Below are positions 10,840 through 21,160 of a DNA stretch of 64,000 nucleotides, one piece after another. The notes beneath the pieces are model-generated. The model was not told the origin of the DNA, searched no databases, and worked only from the letters and a program-made list of their open reading frames with translations. Made by a program: the position numbers and the translations under genes. Source of the stretch: Eledone cirrhosa (taxonomy: Eukaryota); NCBI GenBank assembly GCA_964016885.1, contig OZ024741.1, positions 26,412,001 through 26,476,000 on the forward strand, given 5' to 3'. Every line of letters begins with the position of its first letter. The first letter of the stretch is position 1.

Positions 10840-11510
10840 AATATGTAGGCTAAAATACCTTCGTAGATTAGGTGGATGGCTGGCTGGGAAAATTTGAATC
10901 AGCTCTAGTGGTACATTTTAGCAGAGAAGAATGGCAAAGTGTCTTATCTCTTCAATATTTTCAGATTGAATGAATTAGGTTAAAGACAGGGTAGTAAGCC
11001 TTAAAGAAGTGCATAGAGGGGGGGGGGGTAGGAACTGAGGGTCGCATGGTAAATAACTGAGAGAGATACAATAGGATTAGAATACCGCATGGTAAATATC
11101 CAAGTTAATAAGTTAATACTACATCAGTAAAATTAACAATAATAACGTCATGAAAAAAGCTACTAAGAGAAACCCTCGAAAATTTATCGCTAATACAGCA
11201 GGGAAAATTTAACGCTAATACAGCAGGGGACATCATAATATTAACGACATGAAAAAGCTACTAAGAGAAACCCTCGAAAATTTATCGCTAATACAGCAGG
11301 GAAAATTTAACGCTAATACAGCAGGGAACATCATAATATTAACGACAATATGTAGGCTAAAATACCTTCGTAGATTAGGTGGATGGCTGGCTGGGAAAAT
11401 TTGAATCAGCTCTAGTGGTACATTTTAGCAGAGAAGAATGGCAAAGTGTCTTATCTCTTCAATATTTTCAGATTGAATGAATTAGGTTAAAGACAGGGTA
11501 TGTAATTAAC

Positions 11511-11568
11511 CTTTATGCTCTGATGAGTCCCACTTATAGTGCGGATGAAACAATGTTAGCAAGTAAAG
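11511..11568 (+). ncRNA. Minimal type I hammerhead ribozyme
   Basis: cuuua-ugcu CUGAUGA gucc-cac-uuaua-gug-c-ggau GAAAC aau GU U agca-ag-uaaag: stems I, II and III pair and the catalytic core is intact. Confidence 0.85.
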
Positions 11569-11699
11569 ATATGCATATGCTATAAGCGTTCTTTGTTATT
11601 TATTTATTATATTACGGCTCTGTCCTCAGACATTGAGCTAACCTCATACTGCCTGCTGGATAAGTGGAGTGTTATACACCCCTGATCCTTTCCCTAGCA

Positions 11700-11768
<69 letters not shown>

Positions 11769-12050
11769 CGCAAAAGGTAAACAGAAATAACACAGTACAA
11801 CAAACAAAAATGTATTAGTTTTACGCTTGATATAGTAGGAAAAAAGTTTTAACATTTCGGAAGCTAGTCCTTCATCAGAAAATAGAATGATAAATTAAAG
11901 AAGAAATAGAAAAATAAAGGAGTGAGCGGTGGAAGAAACAAAAAAATTTCTTTGAGAAAAAACAGATCTATTCACACCACCATCTCTTGGGAAACTGTAG
12001 CATGGAAAATAGATGTTAAAAATGATGATATATATTTAACATCTAAAGTC

Positions 12051-12188
12051 TGTCTCATGCCAGGAGGCTTGTCAGGCTGGTGCTTATACCTGTTTCATGC
12101 CAGGAGGCTTGTCAGGCTGGTGCTTATACCTGTCTCATGCTAGGAGGCTTGTCAGGCTGGTGCTTATACCTGTTTCATGTCAGGAGGT
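12051..12188. repeat. 40-bp minisatellite, about 3.4 units
   Basis: tgtytcatgccaggaggcttgtcaggctggtgcttatacc repeated. Confidence 0.9.
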
Positions 12189-12254
12189 GACAGAGAGTAC
12201 AAGACTTCCTCCTGGACAGGATGCCTGTCCACCATTAGATTAAAACCCCAACTA

Positions 12255-12392
12255 TTGCTGGTACTCATTTCAGCTGAGTTTAGTGGAGCAATGTGAAATG
12301 AAGTGTTATGCTCGAGAACACAACACACAACCCAGTCTAGGAATCAAACACAACATTATGATTGTAAGTCCAACACCCTTACTACATGGCTA
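12255..12392 (-). mobile_element. tRNA-derived SINE, same family as 1660-1814
   Basis: Shared ctcattt.cagctgagt...tggagcaatgtgaaat.aagtgt. Confidence 0.65.
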
Positions 12393-12404
12393 TGTATCTC
12401 CTGT

Positions 12405-12797
12405 ACACAACACAATACACCACAACATATCACAACTACAGACACAATACAATACAACCACACTGCAACTACACAACACCACAACTACACACTACACAAC
12501 ACAACACCACAACTACAACACCACAACTACACACCACACCACCACAACTACAACACCACAACACCTCTACTACACACTACAACACCACAACTACACACTA
12601 CACTACACAACACCACCACAACACAACTACACACTACAACACAACTACACACCACACCACCACAACACCACAACACCTCTACTACACACTACAACACCAC
12701 AACTACACACAACACAACCACCACACCACCACAACAACTACACACTACAACACAACTACACACCACACCACCACAACTACAACACTAAACTACAACA
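12405..12797. repeat. Degenerate CA-rich simple repeat (CACAACTACAC-like)
   Basis: Direct reading. Confidence 0.9.
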
Positions 12798-12834
12798 TGG
12801 AACAAAATATTGTAAATAAGCAACACAACTTTAC

Positions 12835-12971
12835 CTGGATTTGATAATCCTGGAGGATCTTGACGAGGGAATCTCGCAGTTTTGGGATCTGCATACCATT
12901 CTGTATCCTCTGGATGAGGATAATGGGGTCAACATGGGTCCCTATGTTCTGTAGAAGGCCTGTGATGAATC
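12835..12971 (-). CDS. VPS41: VPS41 exon (FITGLLQNIGTHVDPIILIQRIQNGMQIPKLRDSLVKILQDYQIQ)
   Basis: Near-identical to human FITGLLNNIGTHVDPILLIHRIKEGMEIPNLRDSLVKILQDYNLQ; 137 nt, phase consistent. Confidence 0.96.
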
Positions 12972-13069
12972 CTGTTGGATAGGGACAGAGATGCAGGTAT
13001 TAGTCCAGTGGGATTGACAAGCTAGGAAGGGGTGGTCACTATTTCAGGGAGGGGAATATATAGGTAGAG

Positions 13070-13520
13070 AGGGTAGCTGAGAATAGTGGTGGTGGTGGTG
13101 TGGGTAGCTGAGAATGGTGGTGTGGGTAGCTAGGATGGTGGTGGTGGTGAGGGTAGCTAAGATGGTGGTGGTGGTGAGGGTAGCTAAGGTGGTGGTGGTG
13201 AGGGTAGCTGAGAATGGTGTTGTGGGTAGCTAAGATGGTGGTGGTTGTGGTGGTGTTGGTGTGGGTAGCTAGGATGGTGGTGGTGTAGGTAGCTGAGGTG
13301 GTGGTGGTGGTGTGGGTAGGTGAGATGGTAGTGGTGGTGGTTGTGTGGGTAGGTGAGATGGTGGTGGTGGTGTGGGTAGCTGAGGTGGTGGTGGTGGTGT
13401 GGGTAGGTGAGATGGTAGTGGTGGTGGTTGTGTGGGTAGGTGAGATGGTGGTGGTGGTGTGGGTAGCTGAGATGGTGGTGGTGGGGGTAGCTGAGATAGT
13501 GGTGTGGGTAGCAAAAATGG
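13070..13520. repeat. Degenerate G-rich repeat (GGTGGTGGTGTGGGTAGCTGAGAT-like)
   Basis: Direct reading. Confidence 0.9.
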
Positions 13521-13927
13521 TGTGTGAGTGTCAGGGATGGTGACAGCAGAGAATAGTGGTGTGGCATGGTTGGGGGGTGTGGGATGGCCAGTAAGGGTGA
13601 CTGAGTTCCCATGGTAAGCTCTGAGAGGTATTGCCTATGACAGTTGTCACGGTGACCCAGTCAAGTGTGGTTGCTATGGTGAGTCATAGAGTGGTTTGTA
13701 AATCAACCAAGAGAAGAGAGGGGAGGTTACTCTTTAACAGAAGGAGAGAAAATTTGTGTGGCTGATGTGTGTAGCGTGTATGTGAAAAGCAATGTCTGTA
13801 GTTTATTGGGAAAGAGACTCCTCAGGTCATCCCACAGCATTTGGTGCGTGTGCATGTATGTATATGTGTATATATACACTTATATATACAAACAGACACA
13901 CAGACAGACATACACGTTTATCTTGCA

Positions 13928-13996
<69 letters not shown>

Positions 13997-14574
13997 ATTG
14001 TCATCATCATCATTGTTTAAGATCTTTCCCGGCTAACAAGGGCTTGATGGGTTGTCACAGACCAGATACTCCACCATCAGAACTACTGATCCCTTAGATA
14101 GGTTGGAGTGTGCACCTTGCTTACCTATGCTCCCACAGGGTGAGAGCCTGCATTACATATGATCCTATATTCCACTGAGTACCTGTTATCATGGCACTAA
14201 CACTAATGAGGTTGTCATGTCTTTGACATAGCTGATGAGCCATCCCAATCCTTTGTTTGAGAGGTTTTCTATGGCCAGATGCCCTTCCTATAACCAACCC
14301 TTGTGTATGTGTGTGTGTGTTTGTGTATATATATATATATTGGTAAAATGGTGTGACACCTGTTTTGTATATCTGTACGAAATGAAGGTAAACCCCAAGG
14401 TATTCACCAGGTGTAATCCCAAACTCCCGAGAGATTACAATGAAACTCTGTACACACAGTTCCACTGACACTTCAGTTCTTATTTATAGAGTTTCACCTG
14501 GTCCACTTTTAGTTACATGGAGGTATTCAGGGTTTTTTGTCCACAACACACACACATATATATATATATATATG

Positions 14575-15300
14575 AAATAGTCCTATATGAGACACAGTCA
14601 CCCAACCCTACTTGCCTCAAGTGGGACAATTCTTGTCTAACCCATGCTAGCATGGAAGATAGATGTTAAACGATGATGATGATGATATATATGTTAAACG
14701 ATGATGATGATATATATATAGTAGTGAAAAGACGGGAGGTTATATCTAAAGTTGGTAGAACATTCAGTTTAGAGAACTCATGCTAGCATGGAAGATGGAC
14801 ATTAAACGATGATGATGAATATGATGAACAATAAACAAACCAGAATCTATCCAGCTCATAAATACTTCCGTTCTCAAAATAACCATACACTAGTTGAATA
14901 ATCCTTTTAGGTGAACCATGTGTCCTTAAGTATTCTGTGTTAATTGTTGTGGAACTAACTATCTCTCTCTATATATATATCATCATCGTTTAATGTCTTT
15001 TTCACTGGGTTAGATGGGTTTGCCCCATTTGAGGCAAGCTGAATTGGGTGACATGTCTTACTCATATAGGACTGTTTCTGGATAGTTTTCTACGGCTGGA
15101 TGCCCTTCCTAACACCAACTATATTTACAGTGTGGGCTGGGCGCTTTTTGCCGTGTCTCCTACATGACCACTTTACAGTGTGGGCTGGATGTTTTGTGAT
15201 ACCAACATAAAATATATATATATGATGATTATATATATATATTTGTGCCATCATCATCATCGTTTAACGTCCATCTTCCATGCTAGCATGGGTTAGACGG
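14575..15300. mobile_element. Cluster of (GAT)n-tailed short elements in both orientations
   Basis: ctaacccatgctagcatggaagat..gttaaacgatgatg at about 14637-14686 and 14779-14817; reverse copies at about 14981-15205 and 15249-15300. Confidence 0.7.
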
Positions 15301-15341
15301 TAATCATCACACATACACGCATATATATATATATATATATA

Positions 15342-15552
15342 TATAATTAGTTACAACAGTGACATATATAGGCACTTAAGATTTGTTGAGTTATTCACCT
15401 CCGACTCATTCAGACAGTTACATAAAAAAGAAGATGGCTACTACCACAGTTGATTGGAGGTGTTTAGAAAAATACAAGAGCTCTGCAAGGGCAGGTAATT
15501 TCCAAATTAGCTAAACGTAAGTACCTGTATGTCACAGTTGTAACTAATTATA
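15342..15552. repeat. MITE-like imperfect inverted repeat, arms about 35 bp
   Basis: tataattagttacaacagtgacata.. versus ..tatgtcacagttgtaactaattata. Confidence 0.7.
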
Positions 15553-15615
15553 CTTAACTCGTCCTATGGACTGAGTGTTCTTACCTTTGGATATTTCTAC
15601 CAAACTTATACTACA

Positions 15616-15663
<48 letters not shown>

Positions 15664-15666
<3 letters not shown>

Positions 15667-16306
15667 CTCAGCCTGGTAGAAAATGTTGAGAAGCCAGAGG
15701 GGATCACTAATGTAGGCAGGAAGCCGCTAGAATTGGTTGAGGACTTCCTGTATTTGGGAGCAAAGATTGGGAATACGGAAGATGATGTGGTTGAGAGGAA
15801 GAGCAAAGCCTGGGCGGTGTGCCACAGCTTGAGATCGATGTGGAAGTCGGACCTCCGTAAAGACCTGAAAATCCGCCTCTTCATTGCTGTAGTGGAGTCT
15901 GTGCTGCTGTACGGGTCTGAGACTTGGACACTGACCAAGAAACTCATTCAGATGGTGGATGGGTGCTACACGAGAATGCTGAGGATGGCTCTGAACATTA
16001 ATCAGTATACACTGAGGATGAAAAACTCAGAGCTATATGGGAGCCTCCCAAAAGTGACACAGAGGAGACTGAGGTTAGCTGGATATGCTCACCGACATCC
16101 AGAGTTGACATTGCACTCAGTACTCCTGTGGGAGCCCCTACATGGACACGCTGGAAGAGGAAGACCAAGGTTAACGTATGTTGATGTCCTAAGGACAGAC
16201 ACTGGTCTGTTGGAGACGCAGGACATGGCAGCGATAATGAGAGACAGAGACCGCTGGAGAGAACTCGTCCATGGATCTCAGGAACTTTACCCGCCCTAGA
16301 ATAGAA
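15664..16306 (+). mobile_element. 5'-truncated RTE/RTE-X-like LINE 3' end within a (TA)n tract
   Basis: Open frame VEDFLYLG...VLLYGSETWTLTK...RRLRLAGYAHR...GRGRPRLTY; ends TAGAATAGAA; (TA)n on both sides. Confidence 0.85.
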
Positions 16307-16355
16307 TATATATATATATGTGTGTGTGTATGTGACATAAAATCTCCAAACTTAC

Positions 16356-16496
16356 CTGGTTTATTGATAGAGAATGTAATGAGGTCATCCCACAATTCCT
16401 TGTCATTGTGTTCTTTACAGAAATCTATGGCTTTCTGGACATTATTCTGCAGTTCCATAATCACATTTAAGGCCCCCTTTGTGTCACCCATTTTAT
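16356..16496 (-). CDS. VPS41: VPS41 exon (KMGDTKGALNVIMELQNNVQKAIDFCKEHNDKELWDDLITFSINKP)
   Basis: Within ORF 16189..16563; resembles human MGNSRSALKMIMEELHDVDKAIEFAKEQDDGELWEDLILYSIDKP; tttcag acceptor, gtaagt donor. Confidence 0.96.
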
Positions 16497-16617
16497 CTGA
16501 AACAGAAACAAATGACTCAGTACTGTAGACTGTGTGTATCTGGCCAGGCAGGTATATAAACAAGGGAGAGATACTCTATCTTCTACAGACACAGCAGGTG
16601 GTATTATTGTCGGGAAT

Positions 16618-16830
16618 CAGGCGGTGGATTGGCAGTATCGGTAGAGCGTCGGACACCATGCTTTGCAATATAGAGTTATGGCCATTTACGTTCTGAGTTC
16701 AAATCCCGCCAAAGTTAGCTTTGCCTTTCATCCTTACAGGGTCGATAAAATGAAGCACCAGTAATTCACTGGGGTTGATTTAATTGACTTTCTCCTCCCC
16801 TTCAAATTCTGCTTATAGTAGAAACAATTA
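16618..16830 (+). mobile_element. tRNA-derived SINE with Meta-domain-like core
   Basis: Box A tggcagtatcgg, box B gttcaaatcc, then gcctttcatccttacagggtcgataaaatgaagcaccag. Confidence 0.75.
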
Positions 16831-17490
16831 TTGTCCGGAATCATTACACTTATATATCATCATCATCATTTTACACCTGCTGTTCCAAGCTTGCATGTGT
16901 CAGGTTTTTTTCAAGCACAGTATACCTCCATTCATCCTCTCCAATACTGGTGTCAAGTATGTCTGAGCTGGGCAGTGGGGGGCTGCTGAAATTGGTATGC
17001 TTGAGCTTGGCAGTGGGTTGAGCTCTTGCTGGCCTACAAAATGGCTTAAAATAGGTTGTGTTTACCACTTCTGCCAGCCAAACTCCCTTCCATGCATCCT
17101 TGTCACAATACTGGCTCCACCAAATTGGGTTGGGTGTGAAAGTGAGAGCCCAGCACTACAACCAATGTAATGTTTAGATTACACTATCCTAAATTAGATA
17201 TACTTGTGGCTGGGCACCGCTTTGGAAACCAATCACCTGAAGAAACTCCATTGAAATGTTCTTATACCAGGAATATCACTTTCCCTCCCTGGAAAAACAG
17301 TGGCATGATAAGACTTGCCCCCCATCAAGGGACTTTCTATGAGATGGAAGCTCGTAGGATGCCAACTAAATTTAGACAGGTATGAGCCTTATCAATAACA
17401 ACAACAAAAAGAAAAATCTCACATTGACAGAAAATACTTCAAACCTGTTTGTGGGTTAGAAGCTAAGGACATAGTTGAAATTGTACTTAC

Positions 17491-17683
17491 TGAGGAGGAA
17501 GACTTGTTCTGGTAAGAAGTTCCGAATACGACACACTTCAAGAGCTGCCTGTAGAGGGCAGTGTGTGCTGTTCTTTAGTAGTGGTAGCAACTTCTCTCGG
17601 TCATACTCTGCGTATAATTCTATTTGCAATGCGTGATATTCCTGGCCTAGGTGGGGGTCCATTTGGAAGAGTTTATCAAGGTA
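17491..17683 (-). CDS. VPS41: VPS41 exon (YLDKLFQMDPHLGQEYHALQIELYAEYDREKLLPLLKNSTHCPLQAALEVCRIRNFLPEQVFLL)
   Basis: C-terminal part of ORF 17456..18970; LYAEYDR..LL..L..STHCPL motif of the VPS41 clathrin repeat; pyrimidine tract plus cag, gtaagt donor. Confidence 0.96.
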
Positions 17684-17759
17684 CTGTAATGGAGAAAGAG
17701 AGAGAGAGAGGTTAGAAAATAATAATATGAATGTCAAAATAGAGAAAGTGAATGGTAAC

Positions 17760-19003
17760 AACATGTAGCTGTGTATAGAAGGTATTGAAGAGATGTAGCT
17801 ATGTATAGAAGGTATTGGAGACATGTAGCAGTGTATAGAAGGTATTGGAGACATGTAGCTGTGTATAGAAGGTATTGAAGACATGTAGCTATGTATAGAA
17901 GGTATTGGAGACATGTAGCTATGTATAGAAGGTATTGGAGACATGTAGCTGTGTATAGAAGGTATTGGAGACATGTAGCTGTGTATAGGTATTGGAGACA
18001 TGTAGCTGTGTATAGAAGGTATTGGAGACATGTAGCTGTGTATAGAAGGTATTGGAGACATGTAGCTGTGTATAGAAGGTATTGGAGACATGTAGCTGTG
18101 TATAGAAGGTATTGGAGACATGTAGCTCTGTATAGAAGGTATTGGAGACATGTAGCTATGTATAGAAGGTATTGGAGACATGTAGCTGTGTATAGAAGGT
18201 ATTGGAGACATGTAGCTCTGTATAGAAGGTATTGGAGACATGTAGCTGTGTATAGAAGGTATTGGAGACATGTAGCTATGTATAGAAGGTATTGGAGACA
18301 TGTAGCTATGTATAGAAGGTATTGGAGACATGTAGCTGTATATAGAAGGTATTGGAGACATGTAGCTGTGTATAGAAGGTATTGGAGACATGTAGCTGTG
18401 TATAGAAGGTATTGGAGATATGTAGCTGTGTATAGAAGGTATTGGAGACATGTAGCTGTGTATAGAAGGTATTGGAGACATGTAGCTGTGTATAGAAGGT
18501 ATTGGAGACATGTAGCTCTGTATAGAAGGTATTGGAGACATGTAGCTATGTATAGAAGGTATTGGAGACATGTAGCTGTGTATAGAAGGTATTGGAGACA
18601 TGTAGCTGTGTATAGAAGATATTGGAGACATGTAGCTATGTATAGAAGGTATTAGAGACATGTAGCTATGTATAGAAGGTATTGGAGACATGTAGCTGTG
18701 TATAGATGGTATTGGAGACATGTAGCTGTGTATAGAAGGTATTGAAGATATGTAGCTATGTATAGATGGTATTAAGGGACATGTAGCTGTGTATAGAAGG
18801 TATTGGAGACATGTAGCTATGTATAGAAGGTATTGGAGACATGTAGCTTTGTGTATAGAAGGTATTAAGGGACATGTAGCTGTATATAGAAGGGTTGGAG
18901 ACATGTAGCTTTGTGTATAGAAGCTATTTGGAGACATGTAGCTTTGTGTATAGAAGGTATTAAGGGACATGTAGCTGTATATAGAAGGGTTGGAGACATG
19001 TGG
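17760..19003. repeat. 30-bp minisatellite, about 41 units
   Basis: acatgtagctgtgtatagaaggtattggag repeated. Confidence 0.96.
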
Positions 19004-19359
19004 TTATGTGTAAGTATCATGATCATCACGGTTTAATATCTATTTCCCTTGCTTTGCAGGGATTAGACAGGCTGTCACAAGACTAGACAGGTCAGGTGAA
19101 CACCTCTTGCTCACATATTCCACTTTGGGCTTAGTTTTCTATGGCTTGATGCCTTTTCTAATGCCAATCACTTTACAGTGTGGACTGTGAACCTTTGCTG
19201 TGACAGAAGCTACTGGTGACATATATGTGTGTGTATAGAGGGTTTACAGTAAATATACTATTTCTGAAAAACAAAAATGACATGATGGTCATGGCTAGAA
19301 TACAGTTTATCATAAGTCTGTGTTTCTCTAAAACTAAACAACAGAATCATTATATTTAC

Positions 19360-19410
19360 CTTGTGCAACAATTCTGGTGTTGGTTCCAGTTGTTGAACAA
19401 CCTTTTTGGT
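19360..19410 (-). CDS. VPS41: VPS41 exon (TKKVVQQLEPTPELLHK)
   Basis: 51 nt, phase 0/0, aacag acceptor, gtaaat donor; resembles human IKKVVEELEDRPELQHV. Confidence 0.88.
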
Positions 19411-19860
19411 CTGTTATAAAAAAAAGGCATAAGTTTTTTCTTAAACAAAAATATTTAACACTTTTAATTCAAAAACATCCATAGTTATAATAATAATAAT
19501 AATAATAATAATGAAATATTGTGTACAGTGCTCAGGTGCACTACAACTCATCAAAAAGTGTATGTATAGTACATAGGGTAATGTACAAACGTCAGGAAAA
19601 TGAACAGTGCATGAGTCATGATATACACATGTGTGCATGTGTATGGAAGGGGTACATCAGGTGTAGTTCTACAAGACAAAACAACTTGTTGTAAAATCTT
19701 CATATTTATATTAAAAGCTGCCAACATAATTTTACGTAAGAACTTTTGTTATGTTATGCTCCAAACATTAGCTTAATAATGAAAAGGTTATTTTACTAAG
19801 TTGCCCAAAATTTCTGATTATCCTCAAAATTTATTTAAAACAAAATGTTTATGTACGCCA

Positions 19861-20226
19861 TTAGGATTATGGTAACATATTGGCAGTGTAGTTCACAAGG
19901 ATTATGGTAACAACAGGGCTGTGTAGTTCACTAGGATTATGGTAACATATTGGCTGTGTAGTTCATTGGGATTATGGTAACATATTGACTGTAGTTCATT
20001 AGGATTATGGTAACATATTGGCTGTGTAGTTCACTAGGATTATGGTAACATATTGGCTATGTAGTTCATTAGGATTATGGTAACATATTGGCTGTGTAGT
20101 TCATTGGGATTATGGTAACATATTGACTGTAGTTCATTAGGATTATGGTAACATATTGGCTGTGTAGTTCACTAGGATTATGGTAACAAGGCTGTGTAGT
20201 TCACTGGGATTATGGTAACATATTGG
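19861..20226. repeat. 35-bp minisatellite, about 10 units
   Basis: taggattatggtaacatattggctgtgtagttcac repeated. Confidence 0.93.
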
Positions 20227-20359
20227 TTACTTCTGAAAAGATCCACAAATGATTTACAAAAACGTTATAAAAGACTCAAAAGAACCAACATTGCTTTCTA
20301 ATTTAAGACCAACAAATAAATGTGAAGTTTATTTAGAAGACATGTAAGAAGAGGTTTAC

Positions 20360-20498
20360 CGGTATCTTTTCAATGTTATCAAGCAGCAATATCACAGCTT
20401 TCTCTGAATCAAACTGCATCAACTGTACAATACGGTCGGTTATTGAATCAAACAAATTGTGCTTGTTGATTAAGTTAAAAACATCCTTGTGTTTCATC
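20360..20498 (-). CDS. VPS41: VPS41 exon (MKHKDVFNLINKHNLFDSITDRIVQLMQFDSEKAVILLLDNIEKIP)
   Basis: Within ORF 20333..20521; resembles human RHKDVFQLIHKHNLFSSIKDKIVLLMDFDSEKAVDMLLDN; AG/GT boundaries; 139 nt. Confidence 0.95.
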
Positions 20499-20577
20499 CT
20501 GTATAAAATACATACACACACACATTATATATATATATATATAGCAGGAATTCGTAGTTTACTTGAAGCATTGTAGG

Positions 20578-20770
20578 TATAAAGTTTTTGAAGTTTGAAA
20601 ACCACAATAATACGGATTGGATGGATAAATAATTAAGTTGGCAGAAGAGATATTAATCTCGAAATATCTGGACATGTGAATAAATTAAGGTAAAAAAACA
20701 CTCCTCATTTCTTATGACTTAATTATTTATCCGTCCAATCTGCATTGTCATGGCATTCAAACTTCAAATT

Positions 20771-20777
<7 letters not shown>
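20578..20777. repeat. MITE-like imperfect inverted repeat, arms about 60 bp
   Basis: tataaagtttttgaagtttgaa...ggataaataattaagt versus acttaattatttatcc...ttcaaacttcaaattctttata. Confidence 0.75.
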
Positions 20778-20808
<31 letters not shown>

Positions 20809-20938
20809 CAAGATTAAAAAAGACAAACTAAGAGAAACAATTACAGTCTTAATAGTTTCACAGTTGTTGAAAAAGGAATGTCTCAATGTATTGGACATGA
20901 ATCCTTCATCGTGAAAGAAAACAAAACCTCTATATCAA

Positions 20939-21160
20939 GGGCGGTGGATTGGCAGTATCGGTAGAGGGTTGGATGCCATGCTTTGCAGCATAGCGTTACA
21001 GCCCTTCATGATCTTAGTTCAACTCCCTACGAGGTTAACTTTGCCTTTCATCCTTACGGGATCAATAAAATAAAGTACCAGTCACGTAATGGGGTCGCTT
21101 TAATCGACTTTCCCGTCCCCCAAAATTGCTGGCCTTGTGCCTATATAAGAAGCCATTATT
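20939..21160 (+). mobile_element. Second copy of the Meta-like tRNA SINE
   Basis: ggcggtggattggcagtatcggtagag start and gcctttcatccttacggg core shared with 16618. Confidence 0.75.

Larger units (their letters stand above)
6513..11496 (-). mobile_element. Apparently full-length RTE-clade LINE
   Basis: Intact APE-RT ORF, (GAT)n tail at 6513-6532, repeated 5' UTR; GGTATGT on both sides (6506-6512 and 11497-11503). Confidence 0.85.
1877..11702 (+). mobile_element. Penelope-like retroelement, 5'-truncated, bounded by (TA)n tracts and interrupted by an RTE LINE
   Basis: ORF, long 3' region and same-strand hammerhead at 11511; (TA)n at about 1815-1877 and 11703-11762. The 3' extent is inferred. 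Confidence 0.75.

Noticed and set aside
12283-13612. His/Thr/Pro-rich ORFs
   Set aside because: Translations of simple repeats
14232-14250. CTGATGA as a further hammerhead (also 9214 and 3155)
   Set aside because: No stem II, GAAA and stem III in the required arrangement
16618-16715. tRNA gene
   Set aside because: Box A and B are present but no cloverleaf; followed by a SINE core and repeated at 20939
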